Below are positions 27,946-37,025 of a stretch of DNA of 47,869 nt, in pieces. A program made the translations under genes and the position numbers. The stretch comes from a virus (lineage: Duplodnaviria > Caudoviricetes). Below the pieces are notes generated by a model that saw nothing but the letters and a program-made list of their open reading frames with translations, was not told where the DNA came from and did not search any database. Each line of letters opens with the position of its first letter. The first letter of the stretch is position 1. Where the stretch lies: IMG/VR virus record IMGVR_UViG_3300020045_008030, positions 1-47,869 of that record. The stretch is one strand, 5' to 3'.

Positions 27946-28640
27946 ATGGCAGAATTAAAAGACCCAATGCAGACTTAGAAAAGTCTGCATTGCCAATCAT
28001 CGGGAAAATAAAGATTGGCTTAAAAAACGAAAGAGGTTTTCCGCAAAGCGTCGATTATTTTATTGCTTCTGGTAGATACGTAGGATTGTTTGAAAAAGTT
28101 TATGATAAGCCTCAAACTATTCAAATAGTGTTTCTCGAAGATGACCCAAGCAAAGTTTGTCGTGAAGAGTATGAGTATAGGGATAATGAAGGTAGATTGT
28201 TAGCCGCTGGTGACGGTGAAACCTTCAAGATTTGGAACGGAAAAGCTTATGAGACGGTAAATACTATTGATTACCCTAATTTAATGCAAGGAGTGTCAAA
28301 TAAATACCCAAATAAGCTACAAAAAAATGGAAGTAACGGATGGACAATCTCTTTGACATTGAATTTTGCTATTCCTTGCATTCGTGGAGTGGCTGGATTA
28401 TGGCAATTTGTGACGAAAGGCAGTGCTTCAACTATTCCTTCTATTCGTAATGCTTTTGATGCTATGTTGAAAGAGAAAGGATTTTGCAAAGGGATTATTT
28501 TTGATTTGAATGTTAAGTTTGCAACAACTCAAAAGCCAAACGACAAATCAAAATTTCCAGTTGTGACATTAGTTGCAAACGAAAGTGACGAAAATATACT
28601 AAAACTTAAACAGGCTATGCAGCCGAAAATTGAGCAATGA
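27942..28640 (+). CDS. Recombination-associated protein (Gp3-like/RDF-like family)
   Basis: LP.IGKIKIG.K...G.P...DYF N-terminus; lies next to the exonuclease. Confidence 0.5.
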   Translation: MNGRIKRPNADLEKSALPIIGKIKIGLKNERGFPQSVDYFIASGRYVGLFEKVYDKPQTIQIVFLEDDPSKVCREEYEYRDNEGRLLAAGDGETFKIWNGKAYETVNTIDYPNLMQGVSNKYPNKLQKNGSNGWTISLTLNFAIPCIRGVAGLWQFVTKGSASTIPSIRNAFDAMLKEKGFCKGIIFDLNVKFATTQKPNDKSKFPVVTLVANESDENILKLKQAMQPKIEQ

Positions 28641-28969
28641 GAGCAATAGATGAACTAAAGAAATTGCATGAGATTAGTTGTGATATTGTTGCAATTGCTA
28701 GAGATAAAAATGGATTAGTATTTTTTTACTATAACTCAATTCCTGATAAGTGCTTAACAAATGGAACTTGGAATAATGCAGATTCTGAATATGTTGAAGA
28801 ATTTGAAAAAATTGAGTTTGATAGCGATAATTGGGAAGAGTGCATTATCACTATTCATGATTTTGAAGATTATGAAATCAAAATGATGTCAATTTCAATT
28901 TCGGAATACAATCGTTTATTGGAGTGCGAAAAGAAGTTAAAGCAAATAGAGTCTTTTTTTAATCAATAG
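28637..28969 (+). CDS. Hypothetical protein
   Basis: 110 aa, IARDKNG motif, coupled start. Confidence 0.65.
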   Translation: MRAIDELKKLHEISCDIVAIARDKNGLVFFYYNSIPDKCLTNGTWNNADSEYVEEFEKIEFDSDNWEECIITIHDFEDYEIKMMSISISEYNRLLECEKKLKQIESFFNQ

Positions 28970-28997
28970 AGTAAATAATATTTAAAACAAAAACAAA

Positions 28998-29474
28998 ATG
29001 ATTATAAAATTGTATGTAAATGGTGAAGGATACAAACCATTTGAATATTCATCATTAGATGAACTAAAAGAAGAATTTGCGAAAAGAAACATTTCAATCG
29101 GGAATGGCAGTTCAATCGGGAATCGCAGTTCAATCGGGGATGGCAGTTCAATCGGGGATGGCAGTTCAATCGGGGATGGCAGTTCAATCGGGGATGGCAG
29201 TTCAATCGGGAATCGCAGTTCAATCGGGGATGGCAGTTCAATCGGGGATGGCAGTTCAATACAAAAGACAATCGTTATTAATGGTAGTCGTCACGCCTTG
29301 TTTTACTATGGCGATAATATTTCTATTGGTTGTCAATCATATTCAGTATCAGAATGGAAAGAAAATTTTGTCGAAATAGGTAATGATTATGGATATTCTG
29401 AAAGTGAAATTGAAGAGTACAAAGCATACATTGATATTTGTGAGAATATTGACTTTTCTTCTAATAAATTTTAA
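28998..29474 (+). CDS. Hexapeptide-repeat (beta-helix) protein
   Basis: Nine SIG(D/N)(G/R)S repeats followed by an IGCQ...W domain. Confidence 0.75.
   Translation: MIIKLYVNGEGYKPFEYSSLDELKEEFAKRNISIGNGSSIGNRSSIGDGSSIGDGSSIGDGSSIGDGSSIGNRSSIGDGSSIGDGSSIQKTIVINGSRHALFYYGDNISIGCQSYSVSEWKENFVEIGNDYGYSESEIEEYKAYIDICENIDFSSNKF
29094..29260 (+). repeat. 18-bp tandem repeat x9
   Basis: TCAATCGGG(G/A)AT(G/C)GCAGT with no spacers. Confidence 0.95.
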
Positions 29475-29478
29475 TACT

Positions 29479-29509
29479 TTTGGTATTGCAAGAATTATCT
29501 TTATTTTTG
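29479..29509 (+). promoter_or_regulatory. Promoter of replication operon
   Basis: TTTG 29479-82, N19, TATTTTTG 29502-09. Confidence 0.7.
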
Positions 29510-29513
29510 TAAA

Positions 29514-29605
29514 AATTATTCGACTACCACCGAATAACAAGACATTGCTAACTCATTAGCATAAAGCCCGTTCAAGTGTGTGGTAGCCTTGTTTCGGGCT
29601 TTTTT
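29514..29605 (+). ncRNA. Structured 5' leader/attenuator (three hairpins, kissing loops)
   Basis: TTATTCG-ACTACCAC-CGAATAA; TGCTAA-CTCA-TTAGCA; AAAGCCCG..CAAG-TGTGTGGTAGC-CTTG..CGGGCTTT followed by a T run. Confidence 0.65.
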
Positions 29606-29609
29606 CATT

Positions 29610-30431
29610 ATGAAATACACAATTTTAATTAACCAGTATGCAGGTGTAAGCAACAACATGAGTTTAGACCTCATAGATTTAGCCATTTTTGATTTTATCA
29701 AGGATTTTGCTAATAGTCAATCATGCGTAAAAATGCACACGCCAGAAGGTGTATATTTTTGGATTTCGCATCAATTAATCATTGACGAAATGCCACTTTT
29801 AGGAATCAAAACTAAGCAAGGAATCATCAAAAGGATTGACAATTTGATTCAAAATGAAGTCCTAAAAAAGCACCCAAATTGCGAAATGTATTCAAAAACT
29901 TTATACAGTTTTGGCAAAGGATACGACCTTTTATTGTTTAATAATAATGCACTTTTCGTTGATACCCGTAAACTTTCGTTTACCCCCCCCCTAAACGAAA
30001 GTTTACGGGGCCCCCTAAACGAAAGTTTAGGGGATAATAATAATAACAATAACTATACTATAATTGATAATAGCGTTCAAAATGAATTTTTCACGCAAAC
30101 ACATGAAAAAGAAGATTTGTCTAAAAAGACTTTATTTAGAAATTCTGAAATTTTTCAATTGTTTGATTCAAAAAAAAATGACTACTCAAAATTTGAAAAA
30201 TTATTTGATGGCGAAGAGTTTCAAAGTATTGATTTAGTTTATTATTTTAATTGCGTTTCAGACTGGTCAGACCAGAAAAATATGAAACGAACAGGCAGGG
30301 GATGGATAGCCACTGTAAGACAATTCATCAGAACTGATTCAGAAAAAAATAAAGTTAAACTTAAACCTCATTTTCAAAAATCTAAAATAGATGTTGATTC
30401 GGCGGTTGATTATCTGAAAGGCTATGAATAG
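29610..30431 (+). CDS. Replication initiator (lambda O-like architecture)
   Basis: N-terminal winged-helix-like region, iteron-containing linker followed by an Asn run, C-terminal W.A.VR helix; ATG at 29610 follows the leader. Confidence 0.7.
   Translation: MKYTILINQYAGVSNNMSLDLIDLAIFDFIKDFANSQSCVKMHTPEGVYFWISHQLIIDEMPLLGIKTKQGIIKRIDNLIQNEVLKKHPNCEMYSKTLYSFGKGYDLLLFNNNALFVDTRKLSFTPPLNESLRGPLNESLGDNNNNNNYTIIDNSVQNEFFTQTHEKEDLSKKTLFRNSEIFQLFDSKKNDYSKFEKLFDGEEFQSIDLVYYFNCVSDWSDQKNMKRTGRGWIATVRQFIRTDSEKNKVKLKPHFQKSKIDVDSAVDYLKGYE
29965..30060. other. Putative replication origin (iterons plus AT-rich tract)
   Basis: Three copies of TAAACGAAAGTTTA (one inverted) followed by an (AAT)n tract. Confidence 0.7.
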
Positions 30432-31338
30432 TATTCAAAAACAAAACACTGAAATTGCAATTTTTCAACCAAGCTCTAAAGCTGTTGAAGTTCGCAGACA
30501 AATGCTTGATTCTCCTCATTTAGAATCATTGACCAGAATTGATAAGAGTGTCTTTCTTGCATCGACAAAAACAAGCATTTCAGACATTGACGATGCAACA
30601 TTAGTGAACAGGACTTCCCAACTCTTTCGATTTATTGCAAAAGATGTTGGCTATCGAATACCGACGGACTCAAATGATTGGGCTTACAATTGTACAAGAA
30701 TTTTAGATTTCATCAAGAAGTACTATTCAAACCTAAGCTTAGACGAAATCAAATTAGCCTTTGAATTGTCTGTTTTCGGTGAACTTGATGAGTTCTTGCC
30801 AAAAGACGCAAAGGGACAGCCAGATAATAAGCATTATCAAGAATTTAACATTGACTATTTTTCTAAGATTTTAAGGGCCTATAAATCCAAGCAGTCAATA
30901 TCTATATCAAAAGCCTATAAAGCCTTACCAGAGCCAAAAAAAGAGCCTCCACGTGAATATTTGACTGCACTTGAGAATAATACAAAGTATGATTTAGTAA
31001 TGTCATACCTTTTTTACAAGTATCATCGAAAATATCCAGAAGTTTCATTTTTAGCTGAAATGCTTTTTTCTGAAATTTTGATTAAAGTCGGATTGATTGA
31101 TTCTATTCAAATCATAGACTCAGACTTAAACGAAGCTAAAAAGATAGTTATGAGTAGAATCTCAGCAGGATTTATTAATAAGTTTCTTGGAAATATGATT
31201 CTAAAGCAAGGAATTGAGCATGATGAAATTAAAAATTGTGCTTATGTAGTGGCAAGAAAAAGAGAAATCATATCTTGTTTTGATGAAATAATTAGTGAGG
31301 AAATAAATATTTTCAACTTTATAAAATTTGAGCGATGA
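30424..31338 (+). CDS. Hypothetical replication-associated protein
   Basis: 304 aa following the initiator; LSLDEIKLAFE motif. Confidence 0.55.
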   Translation: MNSIQKQNTEIAIFQPSSKAVEVRRQMLDSPHLESLTRIDKSVFLASTKTSISDIDDATLVNRTSQLFRFIAKDVGYRIPTDSNDWAYNCTRILDFIKKYYSNLSLDEIKLAFELSVFGELDEFLPKDAKGQPDNKHYQEFNIDYFSKILRAYKSKQSISISKAYKALPEPKKEPPREYLTALENNTKYDLVMSYLFYKYHRKYPEVSFLAEMLFSEILIKVGLIDSIQIIDSDLNEAKKIVMSRISAGFINKFLGNMILKQGIEHDEIKNCAYVVARKREIISCFDEIISEEINIFNFIKFER

Positions 31339-31838
31339 AAGTAGATTGTGTAATAGGTATTGACCCGGGCAAATCGGGCGGAGTTGCAATTTATAAACCC
31401 AATCAACCACTAAAAACTATTAAAATGCCTTCTGATTTGATGGATTTCAAAGGTTTTTTTGAGCAAATGAAAGAATTGAACCCGATTGTTTTCTTAGAAA
31501 AAGTTCAATTGCAGCATGGGGACTTAGGCGAAGGGAAGGCTTTTAGGATTCAAGTAATGCTCAAAGATTTTGAGCGGCTAAAGACAATTCTTGAAATGTG
31601 TCAAGTGCCTTTTATTTTGGTCCATCCAATGACTTGGCAGTCTGGTTTAAAGCTCAGACAGAAAGGAGAAGAAAAGCCAGCCAGAAAAAAACGCTATCAA
31701 GCCATAAGCCAAAAGCTATACCCCGAACAAAAATCAACGCTTTGGAACGCAGACGCAATTATGATAATGCACTTTGGAAGATATGCTTTACAAAATCGTG
31801 TCAAATGGATTTTTGAAAACCTTCCTTCTTTGAAATAA
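31335..31838 (+). CDS. RuvC-like Holliday junction resolvase
   Basis: VIGIDPGKSGG, FLE, P..WQ and ADA motifs. Confidence 0.8.
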   Translation: MKVDCVIGIDPGKSGGVAIYKPNQPLKTIKMPSDLMDFKGFFEQMKELNPIVFLEKVQLQHGDLGEGKAFRIQVMLKDFERLKTILEMCQVPFILVHPMTWQSGLKLRQKGEEKPARKKRYQAISQKLYPEQKSTLWNADAIMIMHFGRYALQNRVKWIFENLPSLK

Positions 31839-31842
31839 TATT

Positions 31843-32274
31843 ATGCCAATAGATTATAAAAAATATCCGTCAAACTGGAAAACTGAAATACGCCCTATCA
31901 TAATGAAACGGGCTAATAATCGCTGTGAGTTTTGCGGTGTAAAACATTATTCAGTTGGCAATTGGAATTCTGATGGAAATTTTATTCCTACTGCAGGAAA
32001 TATTACACATGATGCGGCAGGCAATGGCGAACTAACTTACAAAGAGGCCCGTGAAATAGTCAATTATTTTAAGGACTTCAGTGAAAATAAGTTAATTGTA
32101 ATTGTATTAACGATTGCACACTTAGACCACGATATAAAAAATAATGATTTTTCAAACTTAAAAGCACTTTGTCAGCGGTGTCATAACCGTTACGATATTT
32201 CTTATAGAAGTGCTAATAGAAGAAAAAATAAACAAATGAAAATATATGATGAACAAAGAAATAATTTCATTTGA
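31843..32274 (+). CDS. HNH endonuclease
   Basis: CEFC, LTIAHLDH and NL.ALCQRCH motifs. Confidence 0.85.
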   Translation: MPIDYKKYPSNWKTEIRPIIMKRANNRCEFCGVKHYSVGNWNSDGNFIPTAGNITHDAAGNGELTYKEAREIVNYFKDFSENKLIVIVLTIAHLDHDIKNNDFSNLKALCQRCHNRYDISYRSANRRKNKQMKIYDEQRNNFI

Positions 32275-32431
32275 AGATTTAGTTTTATTGGTCAAAAGGA
32301 TGCGACATAATCAAAGACGCTACGAAAACCTAAGAAAGCCAGAAATTAATGAGACTCGAAAAAAGGATGAAGAAAAAATCGATTACATTTTAAATAAATT
32401 AGATAAGTCCCAGTTAAAAATTTGGGATTAA
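32246..32431 (+). CDS. Hypothetical protein
   Basis: 61 aa, VKRMR..Q..Y motif. Confidence 0.6.
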   Translation: MMNKEIISFEDLVLLVKRMRHNQRRYENLRKPEINETRKKDEEKIDYILNKLDKSQLKIWD

Positions 32432-32445
32432 TTTATAATAAATGT

Positions 32446-32476
32446 TTTGGTTTTTAAATATTATGTTATAGATTTG
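32446..32476 (+). promoter_or_regulatory. Promoter upstream of ATPase operon
   Basis: TTTG 32446-49, N19, TAGATTTG 32469-76; first 15 nt identical to the 25801 promoter. Confidence 0.75.
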
Positions 32477-32529
32477 CAGAAACAAAAAATATCCAGCGTG
32501 AGGGGTTTCACGCAAAAACTGAGAGCAAA

Positions 32530-34014
32530 ATGTTTATTAAAAAACTGGAATTACTTAATTTTCAAGTAATCAAAGAACTCAATGCCGATTTTGAAGGCAA
32601 TGTTTATTTCGTTACAGGCGATAACGAATTAGGCAAATCAACAATCTTGAAAGCCATTGGCATCATGCTAACAGGCGAGCGTGATGACGTATTGAAAATT
32701 GGCGAAGATAAGGGCTTTGCCAAAATGGTAGTCGGTGGAGATGGTCAAGAGTATGAGATTGACTTGAAGTTCACTAAAGCGAACCCACGGGGAACACTAT
32801 CCATTAAGTCTGAAAATGGCATGAAGTCAGACAATGTAACCATGTTACAGAAAATTTTGGGTTATCAAGACTTCGACGCTGTTGAGTTTTCTCGTTGGTC
32901 AGAGACGGCAGAGGGTCGAAGAAAGCAGGTAAATGTTGTGAAATCGCTTTTACCTGAAAGCGTCCAAAAAAGAATCCAAGAAATTGACTCAGAGATTGAG
33001 GCAACTAAATTGGCAAGAAAAGAAGTAAATGCGGAGCTAAAGACTTATTCAACCATTTGTGCAAACGCACAAAAAGAATTAAAGTCTGGTGACGTTGAGA
33101 AATACGCACAACCAATTAAAATTGATGACTTGATTGAGGAACAAAACCTTAACGCTCAATTAATCGAAAAGGCAAAGACAGTAAGAGCCTCATTAGCTCA
33201 AAGAGTTCAACAACTCGAAGAGATTCCAACAAGATTGTCTCAGGCTCAAACAGACTACCAGAATCAAATCAACGCTTTGGTTGATTCCGATAAAGAAGCC
33301 GAAAGTGAATACAATCGCATTGTTTCAGAGGCAAAAGAGCGATTCAATAAAGTCATTCAAGCAAACAACCAGAAAAGAGATGAGGCGTTGAAGCTCAAAG
33401 AAGAGATACTTGATAAAATTCAGAATGAAAAGGCTGACTTTTACCAAAGAAAGCTAAATGCTCAAAACTGGTTAAATGATTACGAAGAAAAGAATATTGA
33501 GACAGCAGACACGGCAACAAGACTTAAAGAATCAGAGGAACACAATCGCATTCATGCCAAAGTCGTTGATTTTCTTGATAAATCTGAAAAGAAAAAACAA
33601 GTAGAAAAGAAAGTTCAAGTCCACGAAAACAATCTTGTGAAATTGGCTTCTGAGCGTGAAAAGTTGATTAACGATAGTAAGTTGCCAATCGACGGACTAA
33701 CATTTACCGACGAAGGGCTTGAGTTAAACGGAGTTCCTTTTTTCGCTGGAAAAGTTTCTGATTCTCAAATTATGGAAATTGCTGCTAAATTGATTATTGC
33801 TTCTAATCCAACAGTGAAAGTATTTAGGATTGCCAGAGGGGAATCGCTTGGACAAAAAAGACTTGAATCAATTATTGAAATTGCTCAAAAGAATGGGTTT
33901 CAAGGATTCATTGAACAGGTTCAAAGAGGTCAAGGGTATATTGAAATTGAAGAATATTCTGAGTATCAAGAATCACAAGTAAAACTTTTGAAAAAATCTA
34001 AAAGGGGGAATTAG
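32530..34014 (+). CDS. SMC/Rad50-like ATPase with long coiled coil
   Basis: IKKLELLNF, Walker A GDNELGKST, central coiled coil, degenerate signature region. Confidence 0.8.
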   Translation: MFIKKLELLNFQVIKELNADFEGNVYFVTGDNELGKSTILKAIGIMLTGERDDVLKIGEDKGFAKMVVGGDGQEYEIDLKFTKANPRGTLSIKSENGMKSDNVTMLQKILGYQDFDAVEFSRWSETAEGRRKQVNVVKSLLPESVQKRIQEIDSEIEATKLARKEVNAELKTYSTICANAQKELKSGDVEKYAQPIKIDDLIEEQNLNAQLIEKAKTVRASLAQRVQQLEEIPTRLSQAQTDYQNQINALVDSDKEAESEYNRIVSEAKERFNKVIQANNQKRDEALKLKEEILDKIQNEKADFYQRKLNAQNWLNDYEEKNIETADTATRLKESEEHNRIHAKVVDFLDKSEKKKQVEKKVQVHENNLVKLASEREKLINDSKLPIDGLTFTDEGLELNGVPFFAGKVSDSQIMEIAAKLIIASNPTVKVFRIARGESLGQKRLESIIEIAQKNGFQGFIEQVQRGQGYIEIEEYSEYQESQVKLLKKSKRGN

Positions 34015-34028
34015 TCCCCCTAATTTTT

Positions 34029-34385
34029 ATGGAAAAGAAAATTTCAGAAATGACTATTGAAGAAGTTCTTAAATTGCCTTTGTTCTTCAAAAATGTTGAA
34101 ATTGAATTAAATGGCATTTGGCAAGAAAGGGAAAAGGCAAGTTTAAGTCTAAAACCGCATGAAAGGCTAAAATCTCATCCAATAGACTTCTTAAAACAAA
34201 ATGGGTATTGGGAAGCAGACCAATTTATTTTGTCTTATGCCAAAATCCTAAGCAGAGAAGAAACAAGGCTATCAAGTAACAAAAGAAACTTTATGCTTTC
34301 AGTAGGGAATAACATTTTCACCAAAACTGTACAATCACTAATTGATGAAGAAAAGAGAGATAACAGCGACGGGAACAGTAAATAA
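34029..34385 (+). CDS. Hypothetical protein
   Basis: 118 aa ORF in operon. Confidence 0.65.
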   Translation: MEKKISEMTIEEVLKLPLFFKNVEIELNGIWQEREKASLSLKPHERLKSHPIDFLKQNGYWEADQFILSYAKILSREETRLSSNKRNFMLSVGNNIFTKTVQSLIDEEKRDNSDGNSK

Positions 34386-34776
34386 TCAAGGTGGTTTAAT
34401 GCTGTTCATGGGTGAAGTCAATGAGTTTTTGAAAAATTGGAAAGGCTCAAAAGTTATTGTTAAGTTTTCAATTTATCAAGCTGGAAGTTCAGAAGCACTA
34501 AAAGGATATTATTACAACTATGTTGTGCCAACACTTAGGCAAGCAATTTGGGATAATGGCGAACGAATGACAGAAGAACAAACTGAAATGTTTATTAGGG
34601 AATTGTCTCCAATAATGTGGGAAGAGATTCCAGATATTGAGACTGGTAGATATTGGAAAAATTTGCGTTCAATTCAATCTTTAAGCAATTCTGAACTGAT
34701 AGAACATATTGAAACTTTGAAACAATTGGCAGCCGAAAACTTTAATGTTTACATTGATGACCCGAAAAGTATATGA
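34345..34776 (+). CDS. NinB-like protein
   Basis: YY..VV motif; S...LS..E....IE.....AAE....I.DP C-terminus. Confidence 0.5.
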   Translation: MKKREITATGTVNNQGGLMLFMGEVNEFLKNWKGSKVIVKFSIYQAGSSEALKGYYYNYVVPTLRQAIWDNGERMTEEQTEMFIRELSPIMWEEIPDIETGRYWKNLRSIQSLSNSELIEHIETLKQLAAENFNVYIDDPKSI

Positions 34777-35543
34777 AGCATGGCAGTTTTTTTTCTGGAA
34801 TAGGTGGTTTTGACTTAGCTACTGAAATGATGGGTTGGGAAAATGTTTTTCATTGCGAAATTGAAGAGTACAAAAGAAACGTTTTAAAAAGAAATTTTAA
34901 AGATTCAATAAGTTATGAAGACATTACAAACTTCGACGGAACAAAATACAGGAATACAATTGACATTGTTTCAGGAGGATTTCCGTGTCAAGATGTTTCA
35001 ATCAGTCAAACGTCAAAGAAGGTTAAGGAAAAAGGAATCAGAGGGCAAAGAACAGGGCTTTGGAGTGAATACGCCCGTGTTATTGGGGAAATTAGACCTT
35101 CCTTCATTATCTTTGAAAACAGCCCAATGTTGCTTAGTAGAGGATTTGAAGTCATCTTATGCGACCTTTCCAAGCTCGGGTATAATGTTGAATGGAGATT
35201 GTTTTATGCTTCCCAATTCGGATTTCCGCACCTGAGAGAAAGACTTTTTGGAATTGCCTACGCCAGCGGCATCGGATGCGAAAATATTGTTAAAAAGGGT
35301 GGAATCTTACAAAAAGTACTACCAAAACAAGCACCAAGACAAAGCCCTTTACCAATTCCAACTACACGGTTTCACGGCAAATCAAGCTATGAAAATGTAC
35401 GAATGGATGATGGGTTTTCCAAAGAACTGGATAAAAGACTTATACACGGATTCGGAAACGCAATAATACCAAGTATTGCTTATTCAATTTTTTACGAGTT
35501 AGAACAAGAGTTAATTAAAATAAATTATTCATATAAACAATAA
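34773..35543 (+). CDS. DNA cytosine-5 methyltransferase (alpha chain)
   Basis: Motifs I FSGIGG, IV GFPCQ, VI EN, VIII RERLF and X GNAI; motif IX absent in this frame. Confidence 0.9.
   Translation: MKHGSFFSGIGGFDLATEMMGWENVFHCEIEEYKRNVLKRNFKDSISYEDITNFDGTKYRNTIDIVSGGFPCQDVSISQTSKKVKEKGIRGQRTGLWSEYARVIGEIRPSFIIFENSPMLLSRGFEVILCDLSKLGYNVEWRLFYASQFGFPHLRERLFGIAYASGIGCENIVKKGGILQKVLPKQAPRQSPLPIPTTRFHGKSSYENVRMDDGFSKELDKRLIHGFGNAIIPSIAYSIFYELEQELIKINYSYKQ
34915..35466 (+). CDS. Overprinted +1-frame methyltransferase beta chain, interrupted by TGA at 35233
   Basis: Two same-frame ORFs; LPTPAASD and motif IX-like YEWMMGFPKNW. Confidence 0.6.
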
Positions 35544-35547
35544 AGCG

Positions 35548-36363
35548 ATGGACGCAACAAAAGGAGTGTTATTCTTCGACACTGAAACAACAGGTTTGCC
35601 CGCTAAGGGTGCAAAGTATGATGCCGACTTTATGGAATTTCCGCACATGGTATCATTAGCTTGGTCATTAAATGGTCAAGAATACGAGTATATTATTAAG
35701 CCAAACGGCTATGTTATTCCTCAGGAAGTCACTGAAATTCATGGGATTTCACACGACTATGCAATGGAACATGGCATAAATGTTGAATTAGTTTTAAGAG
35801 CTTTCTTCCAAGATGCGATAGAAGCAGATTTTGTGTGTGCTCACAACATTTATTTTGATGTTTCAATCATCAAAGCAAGCGTTTTAAGAAGCTTAGGTAA
35901 GGAGTATTATGATTTGTATGCTGAAATAGCACTTGATAAAGCGAAAAGAATTGATACAATGATGAAGACGATTAAATTCGTTGGTGCATTGTATGCCAAT
36001 GGTAAGCCTGGCAAATTCCCCAAACTTGAGGAGCTTTATCAAAAGCTTTTCCCAAATGAAACGTTCAACGCTCACAATGCTTTAGAAGATGTTAGGGCTT
36101 TAGTTCGTTGCCTTCCAGAACTTGTAAGATTAGGCATCATTGAATTAAAGCTTAAAGAGTACCCAATTGAGCCTAAAATTGAGTTTCCTGGTGCAAATGT
36201 TAAAGCAAATACACTTGAAGATATTCCAGTTGAGAATGTTTCAAAAATAGAGTTTTCAGATACAAAAGTTGAAATGGTTTTAGATGTTAAGCCATCACAA
36301 CTTGAAAACCTCAATAAAACGCTTGAAAAATCTAACAAGCTTCTTGACGAAGACAATTTTTAA
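35548..36363 (+). CDS. DnaQ-like DEDDh 3'-5' exonuclease
   Basis: FDTETTG, HNIYFD and HNALED motifs. Confidence 0.9.
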   Translation: MDATKGVLFFDTETTGLPAKGAKYDADFMEFPHMVSLAWSLNGQEYEYIIKPNGYVIPQEVTEIHGISHDYAMEHGINVELVLRAFFQDAIEADFVCAHNIYFDVSIIKASVLRSLGKEYYDLYAEIALDKAKRIDTMMKTIKFVGALYANGKPGKFPKLEELYQKLFPNETFNAHNALEDVRALVRCLPELVRLGIIELKLKEYPIEPKIEFPGANVKANTLEDIPVENVSKIEFSDTKVEMVLDVKPSQLENLNKTLEKSNKLLDEDNF

Positions 36364-36371
36364 CCCAAAAA

Positions 36372-37025
36372 ATGATAGTAGTCTATCAAAATATTATGGA
36401 ACAAGAAGAAGTTTTAAAAATTCCCAGTGAAAAAAACTTTACACTCAGTAAAGTGAAAATCGTCAAAGATGGAGGCTTGGACGTTCATTTTGAAGTCACC
36501 GAGGTTATCAATGAGGAATCCTACATTAATAAATATCATGTAGAATCCGCTAAGGATATTCACCCAGACTTGAGAGGGTGCTTCAAAGAGTTAATTCCGA
36601 TTGTTGGACGGATATTCAATGTCACTTCGTTCCTCACAATGATTGAAGCAGACGAGTTCAAGGCAACAACAAATCAAGAAAAAGCCTCAAGAAACTTTGC
36701 TAAAGAATTGCTTGATAAAATTGAAGTTCGTGGAATTTCTCTTTCTGGAAACGATGATAATGTAGCCGTAATTATCACATCGGTCCTGGAAGTATTGAAA
36801 GGTCAAAAAGTTGCCATCAATTCGCCACGAATCAAGTTTAGTAACGATAATTACGGATTTGAAGAAGAGCTTGAAGATATTATTTTGAGAATTGAACAAG
36901 AAACTTATCAATTTCTTTTTAAAGGTAAAAAGGCTCAATTGGAATTGTTTGGAAGTTCTCCAGTGATCAAAAAAGGCGAAAAAGAAGATGACGAATCGCC
37001 TTTTGATGATAATGTAGTATTCTGA
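36372..37025 (+). CDS. Hypothetical protein
   Basis: 217 aa; start may be 36396. Confidence 0.7.
   Translation: MIVVYQNIMEQEEVLKIPSEKNFTLSKVKIVKDGGLDVHFEVTEVINEESYINKYHVESAKDIHPDLRGCFKELIPIVGRIFNVTSFLTMIEADEFKATTNQEKASRNFAKELLDKIEVRGISLSGNDDNVAVIITSVLEVLKGQKVAINSPRIKFSNDNYGFEEELEDIILRIEQETYQFLFKGKKAQLELFGSSPVIKKGEKEDDESPFDDNVVF

Noticed and set aside
29094-29260. Possible CRISPR array
   Set aside because: Contiguous 18-bp units with no unique spacers, in frame within a CDS; no cas genes
29002-29379. Alternative-frame repeat ORFs (LNCHPR)n and (QSGMAV)n
   Set aside because: Open only because the 18-bp unit has no stops in those frames
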